From Candidatus Saccharimonadota bacterium (GTDB taxonomy: Bacteria > Patescibacteriota > Saccharimonadia > Saccharimonadales > UBA4665), in the NCBI GenBank assembly GCA_016700375.1, contig CP065016.1, positions 960,001 through 992,000 on the forward strand: 32,000 nucleotides of DNA. The letters are read 5' to 3'. A model generated the notes under the pieces. That model saw only the letters and a program-made list of their open reading frames with translations. It was not told the DNA's origin and ran no database searches. The translations under genes were made by a program, and so were the position numbers. Positions 1 to 8,749 of this stretch are shown here, piece after piece. Each line of letters starts with the position of its first letter. The stretch's first letter is position 1.

Positions 1-1
1 A

Positions 2-457
2 CCTATGGAAGCGCTCATTCTATGTGCCGGGCATTTTACCGTACAAGAACTTGGGCAGATTGACCCGGCCGTAGTGCGAAAAACGTTTGAGATAAATGTG
101 GCTTCGAACATAGAGCTTGTTTCTCGGCTCATAGAGCTTATAAAACGTGATGGTACTGATATTGTGAGTGTGGTTTCAACCACTGGTACAAAACCCACAA
201 ATGAGTTTGTGTACGGGGCGTCGAAATGGGCACAGCGTGGTTTTACACTTGGGCTGCAGGCTGAGCTGAAACATACGCCGTGCCGTGTTATAAGTTTTTG
301 CCCCGGTGGTATGAAGACTGGCATGTTTGAGAAAGGCGGCGAACAAATGGATACATCTGGCTTTATGGATCCCCATGAAGTAGCCAAATGCCTCAAGCAG
401 CTTCTGGAACTTCCTAAAAACATGGAGGTTAGCGAAATAATCATAAACAGGAAATAA
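2..457 (+). CDS. SDR-family oxidoreductase, 3' portion (gene begins left of the window)
   Basis: The reading frame is open to the left edge. It carries the SDR catalytic Y-x3-K (YGASKWAQRG) and a downstream PG motif (FCPGGMKTGMF). The Met at position 5 is probably internal. Confidence 0.75.
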   Translation, partial: PMEALILCAGHFTVQELGQIDPAVVRKTFEINVASNIELVSRLIELIKRDGTDIVSVVSTTGTKPTNEFVYGASKWAQRGFTLGLQAELKHTPCRVISFCPGGMKTGMFEKGGEQMDTSGFMDPHEVAKCLKQLLELPKNMEVSEIIINRK

Positions 458-459
458 GG

Positions 460-963
460 ATGAAGTGGCAAGTTAGAATTACTAAACAACAGCGCGTAAA
501 ATCAGTTTTTGCGATACTGTTTTCTCCCAGAGAAGCATTACTTATTGCTGGTGCATTTCTGGCAATATTAGTGCTTCAGCAATTTTCGAGTGGATTCTTA
601 CGGGTGGTATTACTCACAGAACTTGTGGTGATTGTGGTAATAGTGCCATTAATGATTTTCCGTTCTTTGTGGCAAAGAGGACGTATGATTCGTATGACTG
701 GGAGCGAGGTAATGCAGTATGAAATAAAGAAGGGTTTGTTGCGGTTCAGCGTCGGGAACGACAGCATTCAAATACCTACCAACGATATCGTGCTCCAGCG
801 AACGTATCCGCAAATGATTCTGCTGAAGCGCAAAGGCTTGAAGGTTGGCAACCAGCTTGTGTTGTATTTTGACGAAGAATCTACGAAGCTGAAAGCATTG
901 GCAGCGCTAAAAAAGGAAGGAGTCGCCGTCTATGATAAACGTACCAAAGATTGGGCTGTCTGA
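460..963 (+). CDS. Hypothetical membrane protein (two N-terminal TM helices plus a small C-terminal domain; YcxB/bacterial-PH-like is only a guess)
   Basis: 167-aa ORF starting 3 nt after the SDR stop. It has two hydrophobic segments (LLIAGAFLAILVL, LLTELVVIVVIVPLMIF). No catalytic motif was recognised. Confidence 0.55.
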   Translation: MKWQVRITKQQRVKSVFAILFSPREALLIAGAFLAILVLQQFSSGFLRVVLLTELVVIVVIVPLMIFRSLWQRGRMIRMTGSEVMQYEIKKGLLRFSVGNDSIQIPTNDIVLQRTYPQMILLKRKGLKVGNQLVLYFDEESTKLKALAALKKEGVAVYDKRTKDWAV

Positions 964-1753
964 TGGGCGGGAGATACCGCAAGTAGGACTGGGGCTGTGG
1001 CGGGTAAAAGTTGAAGCCGATTTGCATGCATCAGTTACGGCAGCTTTAAGTACTGGATATGTACATTTTGATGATGCCCACGCGTACGGTAACGAGGAGT
1101 GGCTTGGTGCTGCACTTCGAGGCAGCGGTAAAACTCGCGGGGAGCTTTTTGTTACTACAAAAATCCGCACCGAGCTTATTGCAGTTGGACAAACGCGAAA
1201 AAGTTACCGCCAATCGATGGAGCGGCTTGGGCTGGACTACGTTGACCTATTACTGTTGCACTTTCCAGTGTCACTCATGCGCAAAAAGGCGTGGCTTGAA
1301 CTCGAGAATATTAAGGCAGAAGGTGGCGCAAAAAGTATCGGTGTTAGCAACTACACCATAAAACACCTCGAAGAAATGAAGTTGTATGCAACAGAGATGC
1401 CGGTGGTCAACCAAGTGGAACTACATGTGTTTTTGCAGCAGCCTGAGCTGCTCGAATACTGCCGTGAACACGGCATAGTTGCGGAGGCCTATAGCCCCCT
1501 TGCTCATGGTAAAAAGATGGACGACCCCACCATTGTCGCAATCGCCCAGAAACACCACAAAAGCTACGCGCAGATTATGTTGCGCTGGTGTGTGGACAAA
1601 GGCCTCGTGGTGTTACCAAAGTCCGTCACGCCGGAACGAGTACAGCAGAACGTAGATATCTTCGACTTCCAGCTCGATGAAGAGGACATGAAGCGCCTTG
1701 CTGTCCTCGATCAAGACCTCCGTACGTGCTGGGATCCGACACATGTGCCATAA
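932..1753 (+). CDS. Aldo/keto reductase family oxidoreductase
   Basis: AKR hallmarks are present: N-terminus IGLSDGREIPQVGLGLWRV, HFDDAHAYGNE (catalytic Asp/Tyr region), LLLLHFP (His), GVSNY, NQVELH and LPKSVTPERV. It overlaps the upstream ORF by 32 nt. Confidence 0.85.
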   Translation: MINVPKIGLSDGREIPQVGLGLWRVKVEADLHASVTAALSTGYVHFDDAHAYGNEEWLGAALRGSGKTRGELFVTTKIRTELIAVGQTRKSYRQSMERLGLDYVDLLLLHFPVSLMRKKAWLELENIKAEGGAKSIGVSNYTIKHLEEMKLYATEMPVVNQVELHVFLQQPELLEYCREHGIVAEAYSPLAHGKKMDDPTIVAIAQKHHKSYAQIMLRWCVDKGLVVLPKSVTPERVQQNVDIFDFQLDEEDMKRLAVLDQDLRTCWDPTHVP

Positions 1754-1764
1754 TGTAGGGTACT

Positions 1765-2790
1765 ATGGCGATTGAGCGGATTATGAATACGGTGGTAGCG
1801 GATGACGATGACTCGACTGATGAGGTTGAGTTTGAGCTCAAACTGCGTCCGCACGACTTTGCGAATTACATTGGGCAAGAGCGGTTGAAGAAAAACATTC
1901 AGCTGGCAATAGCGGCAGCCAAAAAGCGTGGGGAGCCGCTCGACCACGTGTTGCTATACGGTCCGCCCGGGCTGGGCAAGACTACCATGGCGAGCGTTAT
2001 TGCGAACGAGATGGGTGCGCAAATACGCATTACCTCTGGGCCGGCCATAGAGCGAGCGGGTGACTTGGCGAGTCTACTCACGAACCTTCAGGACGGTGAC
2101 ATCCTGTTTATAGATGAAATCCATCGTCTGCACCGCACGGTCGAAGAAGTGCTGTACAGCGCCATGGAAGATTACAAACTCGACATCATGCTTGGTAAAG
2201 GCCCGAGTGCCCGCTCGCTACGGCTTGATTTGCCCCAGTTTACGCTCATCGGCGCTACGACGCGCACAGGCGCACTAGCGGCGCCGCTGCGTGATAGGTT
2301 TGGGCATGTCCACCGGCTGGAATTTTACACTCCAAGTGAAATTCAGGCCATTATACAGAGGGCATCAGGCATACTCGGGGTTAAGATTGACAAAGCAGCG
2401 GCGCTAAAGCTGGCAGAACGAAGCCGCCTTACGCCGCGTATAGCAAACCGTTTGCTCAAACGTGTCCGCGACTATGCCGATGTAAACGGCGACGGAATTG
2501 TCGACACCGAAATCAGCACCAAAGCTCTCGAACTGCTTGAGATTGACGGGCTTGGGCTTGACCCGGCTGACCGCATGATTCTATCGGCTATAATAGAAAA
2601 TTACGCCGGTGGTCCTGTGGGCGTGGAAACCATTGCCGCCATGACGGCCGAAGAACGCAGCACCATAGAAGACTTCATAGAGCCTTACCTGCTTCAGATA
2701 GGACTGCTGGAAAGAACCCCACGCGGCCGTAAGGTGACACATAAGGCATATAGCCACCTCGGGGTGAAACCAACAGAGGGAAAAAGCTGA
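1765..2790 (+). CDS. ruvB: Holliday junction branch-migration helicase RuvB (its stop codon is supplied by the inserted IS)
   Basis: Walker [10 protein letters not shown], Walker B DEIHRL, and a C-terminal RTPRGR motif typical of RuvB. The length (341 aa) fits. The TGA at 2788-2790 lies inside the IS left inverted repeat. Confidence 0.95.
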   Translation: MAIERIMNTVVADDDDSTDEVEFELKLRPHDFANYIGQERLKKNIQLAIAAAKKRGEPLDHVLLYGPPGLGKTTMASVIANEMGAQIRITSGPAIERAGDLASLLTNLQDGDILFIDEIHRLHRTVEEVLYSAMEDYKLDIMLGKGPSARSLRLDLPQFTLIGATTRTGALAAPLRDRFGHVHRLEFYTPSEIQAIIQRASGILGVKIDKAAALKLAERSRLTPRIANRLLKRVRDYADVNGDGIVDTEISTKALELLEIDGLGLDPADRMILSAIIENYAGGPVGVETIAAMTAEERSTIEDFIEPYLLQIGLLERTPRGRKVTHKAYSHLGVKPTEGKS

Positions 2791-2807
2791 CCCACACTCA
2801 CTTTTTT
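2787..2807. repeat. IS left terminal inverted repeat (ctgacccacactcactttttt)
   Basis: Exact reverse complement of 3931-3951. Confidence 0.9.
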
Positions 2808-2872
2808 GACACATAACAAAAACGACCCTACAGTTTTGGTTACAAAAGCTAAAACAGAAAGGTCGTTTTCTA

Positions 2873-3940
2873 ATGACTACACTACAAAAGATGGCAACTG
2901 CTGTAAAGCGGCTGCGTGCGACATACATCCCAAAAGCTAAGGCTCGTCGCTTCTTCCTCGGAGTTGAACAGTTTTCCCTTCAGGAGTTCTGTTCGCTCAA
3001 CGCTGCTGGTCGAACGCTTGGGCTGAATCGCTGGACTGGAGAAAACCGCATTCGTCGGTTAGTTACTGACGAGGAACTGCCAGTGCGCTTGCAGCGATTG
3101 TTGGTTAGCGAAGCGTTAGCTTCGCATACTGGTCGGTGGTACTGCTCTCTGGACCACTCTCAATTCGGCCCGTTTTGTATCGCCATCTTGGCGGTGTCGC
3201 ATCGCAAGGGTCGAGCTATACCCATTTGGTGTCAGGTGAACCTCAGCGAAGCAGCTCTCATTGCGCCACTTCTAGTGGCGCTGGAGGGACTGTTCCATTT
3301 CCTTCAAGTTAATGCACCAGATCTGCAACTGGTACTTGTCATGGATCGCTGGTTTGCTAGTGACAAACTGTTCACTTTGTTTGCCCTGTACGATGTGCAC
3401 TTCATCGCTCGTACCAAGAGCGACAAGCTCGTTCAGCTTCCCTGGGATCCCAGCTGGTGGAAGGAACCCATCCATGACATTAGTCATGAGGAATTACCCA
3501 TCACGTACCATACACATAAGCTCCGACTTATTCGTTCGGATTACAATCCGAACATGAAGGATCCGGAGCCCTGGTTTTTGTTGACCAACCTACCGAGCGA
3601 GGGAACAGAGGCCCTCACCAGAAGACAAGTCCTGAACCGTTACGCAGAAAGGTTCGAAATTGAAGAAGCCTTCAAGGATGTGAAGTGGTTGCAACGATTG
3701 GAGTGGCAACGAGTCAGAAAACCACAAGTCATCCGTAACTTGCTGCTGTTTGTCTTCCTCGGTTGGTGGTTACTGTGGCGCTATGCGGTCAAAGTACTAC
3801 CAAAACAACAGCAGAAGATTCATCCCAAGAAACGACTGAGCTGGTTCAAGCAAGCCTGGGAGTATATGCAACGGCTACTACGTACGCCGCTGCTACCACC
3901 GATACCGGTGGCTCATGTACGGGGAGGAGGAAAAAAGTGA
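2873..3940 (+). CDS. DDE transposase, IS4 family
   Basis: 355 aa. The Y-x2-R-x3-E-x6-K signature is present exactly (YAERFEIEEAFKDVK). Candidate acidic residues sit in the SLDHSQF and LVMDRWFAS contexts. The stop codon lies within the right IR. Confidence 0.85.
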   Translation: MTTLQKMATAVKRLRATYIPKAKARRFFLGVEQFSLQEFCSLNAAGRTLGLNRWTGENRIRRLVTDEELPVRLQRLLVSEALASHTGRWYCSLDHSQFGPFCIAILAVSHRKGRAIPIWCQVNLSEAALIAPLLVALEGLFHFLQVNAPDLQLVLVMDRWFASDKLFTLFALYDVHFIARTKSDKLVQLPWDPSWWKEPIHDISHEELPITYHTHKLRLIRSDYNPNMKDPEPWFLLTNLPSEGTEALTRRQVLNRYAERFEIEEAFKDVKWLQRLEWQRVRKPQVIRNLLLFVFLGWWLLWRYAVKVLPKQQQKIHPKKRLSWFKQAWEYMQRLLRTPLLPPIPVAHVRGGGKK

Positions 3941-3951
3941 GTGTGGGTCAG
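3931..3951. repeat. IS right terminal inverted repeat (aaaaaagtgagtgtgggtcag)
   Basis: Exact reverse complement of 2787-2807. Confidence 0.9.
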
Positions 3952-3993
3952 GGGAAAAAGCTCATCCCAGACTAGTTTGGTATAATACAAGGT

Positions 3994-4716
3994 ATGGCTA
4001 TAGACTCAAAACTAAATGAACGCCTCCACAAACGTCTTCCTATTGGCGCGGACGAAGAAATCTTGGGTGTGTTTCGGCACCATTGGTTCGTGTATGTCTC
4101 GATTTGGCTCATTGGCTTTTTTGCGGTGGTTGCTATTATGGCGGCGGCGGTTGCATTTACGGCACCAGCAGGCAGTTCAGAAACAGTCACGAGTCAATAC
4201 CGGTCTGTTGTGCTTGCCGGTGCGGGATTTTTCAGTGCCCTGGCGGCAATAGCAACAACCATACCGGCGTGGCTAAAATCACAAGAGCAGTTGGTTGTAA
4301 CCGATGAAGCAGTACTACAGGTGCTACAACCAAGCTTATTTGGCAGTAAAGTATCGCAGCTGAGTTTACAGCACGTGGCAGACGTGTCAGTACGCAAAGA
4401 CTTTTTTGGTTCACTACTTGGGTTTGGAGCTGTCACCATAGAAACGCCTGGCGAACAGGCGAACTACACGTTTTCGGCCGTACCTAGCCCCGATGCGGCT
4501 GCAAAAGTACTCATAGAAGCACATGAAAACTTTATTGCTGCGCTCGAGAGTGGTCGACTCCCAACGTCTATCCGAAAAGACGGACAACAAGCACACAGTG
4601 TTACGGTGGATGCTGCAGAATATCAAAAATTCCTAGACTTCCAACAGTACCAGGCGAGGGCGCAGGAACAAACGGAACTAGCACAGGTTCAGACCGATAA
4701 AGAAAATCCAGCGTAG
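3994..4716 (+). CDS. Membrane protein with bacterial PH-like (YdbS/YdbT-type) domain
   Basis: The N-terminus LPIGADEEILGVFRHHWFVYV followed by two TM helices is the usual layout of bPH_2/DUF304-type proteins. The C-terminal part is Gln-rich. Confidence 0.6.
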   Translation: MAIDSKLNERLHKRLPIGADEEILGVFRHHWFVYVSIWLIGFFAVVAIMAAAVAFTAPAGSSETVTSQYRSVVLAGAGFFSALAAIATTIPAWLKSQEQLVVTDEAVLQVLQPSLFGSKVSQLSLQHVADVSVRKDFFGSLLGFGAVTIETPGEQANYTFSAVPSPDAAAKVLIEAHENFIAALESGRLPTSIRKDGQQAHSVTVDAAEYQKFLDFQQYQARAQEQTELAQVQTDKENPA

Positions 4717-4721
4717 CAATA

Positions 4722-5027
4722 CTATTCTTGGAACGGGTTTTGGCGGGCTTCGTTAAAAATGGCCTGAACGCGCACGCTATTGTCTTGTAGCCCCTGGAGT
4801 TTCTGTACTACTTCTTGAGAAATTTTTGGTTTTGGCACATTTTGTGTGGCGGCCGTAATGTCTTCCTGACTTGGTTGAGCACTACTGAGTACATTTATAC
4901 GCCAAACAAGAAAACCATATAGAGCAGTTAATACAAGGAAGAACAGAATTGCCACGTGTTTTAGGAATGAAGTGAGGAGCCTGTGGACTTGCTTATTTAA
5001 CCGATCGGTGTCAATAGATGCGCTCAT
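4722..5027 (-). CDS. Small single-pass membrane protein, last gene of the type IV pilus operon (function unknown)
   Basis: 101 aa with one TM helix (VAILFFLVLTALYGFLVW). Its start overlaps the pilO-like stop by 4 nt, suggesting translational coupling. Confidence 0.55.
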   Translation of the reverse strand: MSASIDTDRLNKQVHRLLTSFLKHVAILFFLVLTALYGFLVWRINVLSSAQPSQEDITAATQNVPKPKISQEVVQKLQGLQDNSVRVQAIFNEARQNPFQE

Positions 5028-5623
5028 GGCTTTATATACTCGTTTACAATAAGGGTAAATGAAATGTTATTCGGGTTTTTACCGTCTGGGGTGATGCTTA
5101 TGGAGCTAACTTGGGCAGTGCGGCGATTGTTCTCTAGCTTTTGCAAAAAGGTAATAAACTGCGCGTAGCGTACCGTGTTGTTTGAGTCTTGCGTAATGGT
5201 TATGGGCAGAAGATATACGCCGGCGATGCCCTTTACGGGAGTGACTTGTGTTAAAGAGGCCTGGGCCTTTGCTGCCCCAGTACCACCCAAGGTCGACGCA
5301 GGGAAGGTAATTGAGGTGAGTTTTGTGATGCCACTGTCATTTGCTATCTTTACTATCTCGCTGACAGTTTGTGCCTGGTTTTTGTCTTGCGGTACCACCG
5401 TCTTTGCTATTTTGTTTAGGCCAGCGTATTTTGCGATATCTGCCCTGTTTTTTCGAAGTGATATCTGCAGTTCATCGGCAACCTGACCTTGTGCCTTCAG
5501 CTTACTAAGCTCTACTGATTTTGTACTGAGCAGTTTATTTGCAAAGAAAACAGAGGCGAATAGTCCTATGCCAAGTAGGCTAGCCACTCCCGCAAGGATA
5601 AGACTGAGTTTCTTATTGTCCAC
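5024..5623 (-). CDS. pilO: PilO-like type IV pilus alignment protein
   Basis: 199 aa with an N-terminal TM helix followed by a coiled-coil-like segment and a globular domain. It sits directly after pilN and overlaps it by 11 nt. The assignment rests on architecture and synteny, not on a motif. Confidence 0.5.
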   Translation of the reverse strand: MDNKKLSLILAGVASLLGIGLFASVFFANKLLSTKSVELSKLKAQGQVADELQISLRKNRADIAKYAGLNKIAKTVVPQDKNQAQTVSEIVKIANDSGITKLTSITFPASTLGGTGAAKAQASLTQVTPVKGIAGVYLLPITITQDSNNTVRYAQFITFLQKLENNRRTAQVSSISITPDGKNPNNISFTLIVNEYIKP

Positions 5624-6209
5624 CCGAAGCCCCCTTGCCGTTATTTATGAGCATATAGGAACTGCTGTTCGAAAACAGGGCGCGTAGTACCACAGTGCAT
5701 GGGTAAGCTGTAGAACCGGAACAGTTAATACTGACTATATCTGCCTTACTAAACACCCCGTTGTCGGGGTCGCTCAAGTTTACCTGCATTTGTGTAGCGG
5801 CGCCGTATGTTTTGGCGGCTGCGGTGATATCTATTGCGCCTTGAGCTTGCGATATTGATAGTCCAGTCAAGTTTGTTTCGCTCGGAAGCAGCGTTGTTAT
5901 CTGGGTGAGCAGCTCAGAGAAAAGAACCTGCTTGGAAAGCACGTCTACCACAAGTTTCAGGTTGTTGGATATATCTTTTACCTCTTGCTGTACGGTGGAA
6001 AGGTTTTGAGCTGCAAGCTGCGCGTTTGCGGCCGCGACTTGCTTTTTGTAGTTTTCTGTTGTTTGGTTGAGGTAAATGTAGCCGACTCCAGTAATGACAA
6101 TAACACCGATGATACTAAAGACAAGCACCGTTATCCAGCGGGTTAAGTGCCTGTTAATACGACCATACCGATAGGCCTGTTTGAGCGGCGGCGGGAGGAG
6201 GTTTATCAC
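5613..6209 (-). CDS. pilN: PilN-like fimbrial assembly protein
   Basis: It has the canonical PilN N-terminus INLLPPP followed by a TM helix. Its GTG start overlaps the pilM stop by 1 nt. Confidence 0.7.
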   Translation of the reverse strand: MINLLPPPLKQAYRYGRINRHLTRWITVLVFSIIGVIVITGVGYIYLNQTTENYKKQVAAANAQLAAQNLSTVQQEVKDISNNLKLVVDVLSKQVLFSELLTQITTLLPSETNLTGLSISQAQGAIDITAAAKTYGAATQMQVNLSDPDNGVFSKADIVSINCSGSTAYPCTVVLRALFSNSSSYMLINNGKGASGGQ

Positions 6210-7288
6210 TAGAACGCCTCCTTTGGTTCAAGTATACTGAGGCCCGCCGCAGAAACGTATGACATACGCTCGGATTGATTAAAGGGCTGCAAGCGGCCGA
6301 ATTCAATAAAATGCGTAGGGTCAAAAGCGCGAACGGGAATGCGCAGCGTACTGGTAAGATAATCGGCAAGACCGGGCATGTTTGCGCCGCCGCCCATTAC
6401 AACAACCTGCGCAATACGCTGTTTACTCTTTGAGCGTTCTTCGTAGTAGCGCACGCTCCGCTGGATTTCTTTCACCAGCGTTGACAAATTATTTTCTAGT
6501 GCGGCCTCAATTTGCTTTTGCTTTTTGCTGTAGCTTAGGCCGTACTTTGTTTTTATAATGGTTGCTTCGCGGACATTTACTTCTAGTTCTTTCGCAATAA
6601 GCTTTGTAATGTCCTCGCCGCCACATGCGACCGTGCCGCTTACGATTGGATTTTTGTCGTAAACGGTAATATCAGCGCTGTCACTCCCGAAGTCCACGAG
6701 GACACTCGGCAAATCGCCCTGTTTGTCGTGAGAAAACAGGTATGCCCCTGCTCCGCTTGAGGTTTGAATAATAACTGGTTCAAGCCCAAGCAAACGGGCA
6801 ACCAAAAGATACGAATCAACGATTCGCCGGGGCATGGCGACGATAAACGTTGTCCACTTGTCCTTACTGGATTGTACGGTCGAATAGTCAATGTACAAAC
6901 TTTCCGCTGCAGCCGGAATGTATTGTTCTACCTCTGTTTGTACGGCAGCAATCACTTCTTTGTCGCTAAGCTTCGGAAGCTCAACAGACCGGGTAAACGC
7001 TCTTGCGATGGGTACGCTCATAGCGACGCGCTTGGTGGTAATGTCGCCAACGAGGCTGTGCTTGAAAAGCTTCTGTATATCTGCAGCAAGTTCCTCTGGC
7101 TTGACAATGACGCCCTCCTCGATAAGGCTGGCGTCGAAGTTTATTTCGCCGTACCCAACAACCCGTGGCTTACGTTTCGTCTCCTGCAACTGTATAATTC
7201 GCACGTTATTGTGGCCTATGTCCATGCCGAACAGCGGCTTGTCCTCAAACAGATAGGGGATTGGGTGTGTTTTTTTCATGCTGCCCAC
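6209..7288 (-). CDS. pilM: Type IV pilus assembly protein PilM (actin-like ATPase fold)
   Basis: 359 aa. The phosphate-1 region FGMDIGHNNVRIIQL, later VLVDFGSDSADITV and VVVMGGGANMPGLADYL match the PilM/FtsA-like ASKHA pattern. Confidence 0.85.
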   Translation of the reverse strand: MGSMKKTHPIPYLFEDKPLFGMDIGHNNVRIIQLQETKRKPRVVGYGEINFDASLIEEGVIVKPEELAADIQKLFKHSLVGDITTKRVAMSVPIARAFTRSVELPKLSDKEVIAAVQTEVEQYIPAAAESLYIDYSTVQSSKDKWTTFIVAMPRRIVDSYLLVARLLGLEPVIIQTSSGAGAYLFSHDKQGDLPSVLVDFGSDSADITVYDKNPIVSGTVACGGEDITKLIAKELEVNVREATIIKTKYGLSYSKKQKQIEAALENNLSTLVKEIQRSVRYYEERSKSKQRIAQVVVMGGGANMPGLADYLTSTLRIPVRAFDPTHFIEFGRLQPFNQSERMSYVSAAGLSILEPKEAF

Positions 7289-7327
7289 TCGTTAAACATA
7301 AGTATTTCTTTATCCTATAATACCATA

Positions 7328-8746
7328 CTACAACCGTTCATAGGCCGCTTGCCGCCATGCCAAGTCTACTGGAATTTGGTCAACAGGGAAGGTCGGGTCG
7401 AGGGCGAGGTCGCGCGGGGTGCTTGGGTTAGACGCGACGTATATGTTTTTGCCGCTTATGCCGCCAAGGGCTGGCGAATTATCAAACTTTGTCTTGTCAA
7501 TACAGAGGCCGTTCATTGCCATAAAGTATATTTTGGGCGCGTCTGTATCACTGCTACCTGCTTGCCCGAGAAATAATGATCCGCCATATGGGCAAACACC
7601 GGCCTTTGAGGCGGGGTCAGCACCGTACGTTATGAAAACGAGCGGGCCACTTGCGCTCGTTGTTTTGACGGCGTCGAAGTTAATGGTTCCCTCTACGAAA
7701 ACAAATTTTATTGACGCGTCAGGATTTTCAAACGTTGGCGTGCATGCACTTGCGCCACACAGGTTTGCCCGAACATGCACGTGGTCTTTTATGACGTAGG
7801 TATTAGAACCGAGAGCAAGATTCCCCGATGTGCCACAGCTGGCGCTAACATTATTGCCACTGTCTGGAAAGTGAGTTTTTTTGGCGTTTCCGGTGCTGGG
7901 GATGCTTCGAGGCGAGGCACCGGTTGTCCAGTCGCTGCAGCCACTCGGTGAGTTCTGGTAGGATGCGTCCATGAATTGATTCCAGGGTATATAGGTTGAC
8001 TGTATAGGAGTGACATTCGTGTTATTCACGAGCACGTCGAAATTCGCATTTGAAGTGTTCCCGGGGGGAGTAATGCAGTTATTGAAGGCAAGCGTCAGTT
8101 TTGTTTTGGTCTGGGCTGGGTTACTAAACGACGCTGGTTTCAGTAGTTTACCTGCGCCACTAATGGAGCAGTTGAGTGCGCTTGTATTTTTGCCCGCAAC
8201 AGTTATATTTTCTGCAATGAGCTCAGTTGTGTTTTTGTTAAGCACAATGTACCCGTTGGCATAAATATCGCGGGCCGTCAGCTTCTTTACGCCGCTAGCA
8301 ATGTCCACAATGTTACGGCTCACAACTGACGATGCAGTTGTTGTTGAGGAGCGCTGGGCGGTCACACGAATTTTGCGGGTGAATTTTGGGGTCGTTGCTC
8401 CCTTTGGGCTATACACTTTGCCGGTCGCGACAATAATTTTCTCCTTTGCGCTGCTGCCTGCGGTGACCGTAGTAGAGTAGGTTGAGCGGTACTGGCTGCC
8501 ACTAAGGACGGTTACATCACTCGACGTTCCAGCGTAAGCGGTATTCCCGCTGTTTAGGGTGGCTATGGCAGCATCGGCACCAGACTCTGCGGAATATTGG
8601 GCCTGTAACAGTAGAATTCTTCCTCTTGCTCTATAGAGGTTAGAGTTGGCTAGTAGCATAAGCCCAAACAAGACACTGGACAAAAACATAGTAATAACCA
8701 AGATGGTTACTAGAATTGAGCCATTCTCGCGAAAATTTTTCTGCAT
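7328..8746 (-). CDS. Large pilus-associated protein with PilX-N-type pseudopilin N-terminus
   Basis: The N-terminus ENGSILVTILVITMFLSSVLFGLMLLANSNLYRARGRILLLQAQYSAESG fits the PilX_N pattern and has no Glu at +5. The ~400-aa Thr/Ser/Asn-rich C-terminal region contains eight Cys and has no recognisable domain. Confidence 0.6.
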   Translation of the reverse strand: MQKNFRENGSILVTILVITMFLSSVLFGLMLLANSNLYRARGRILLLQAQYSAESGADAAIATLNSGNTAYAGTSSDVTVLSGSQYRSTYSTTVTAGSSAKEKIIVATGKVYSPKGATTPKFTRKIRVTAQRSSTTTASSVVSRNIVDIASGVKKLTARDIYANGYIVLNKNTTELIAENITVAGKNTSALNCSISGAGKLLKPASFSNPAQTKTKLTLAFNNCITPPGNTSNANFDVLVNNTNVTPIQSTYIPWNQFMDASYQNSPSGCSDWTTGASPRSIPSTGNAKKTHFPDSGNNVSASCGTSGNLALGSNTYVIKDHVHVRANLCGASACTPTFENPDASIKFVFVEGTINFDAVKTTSASGPLVFITYGADPASKAGVCPYGGSLFLGQAGSSDTDAPKIYFMAMNGLCIDKTKFDNSPALGGISGKNIYVASNPSTPRDLALDPTFPVDQIPVDLAWRQAAYERL

Positions 8747-8749
8747 GGA

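Larger units (their letters stand above)
2787..3951 (+). mobile_element. IS4-family insertion sequence, 1165 bp, intact
   Basis: It has perfect 21-bp terminal inverted repeats and a 9-bp direct target duplication gggaaaaag (2778-2786 and 3952-3960). A single DDE transposase ORF fills the element. Confidence 0.85.

Noticed and set aside
6764-7576. A 270-aa plus-strand ORF spanning pilM and the end of the PilX-like gene.
   Set aside because: It is entirely antisense to two well-supported pilus genes and crosses their intergenic gap. It has no recognisable motifs.
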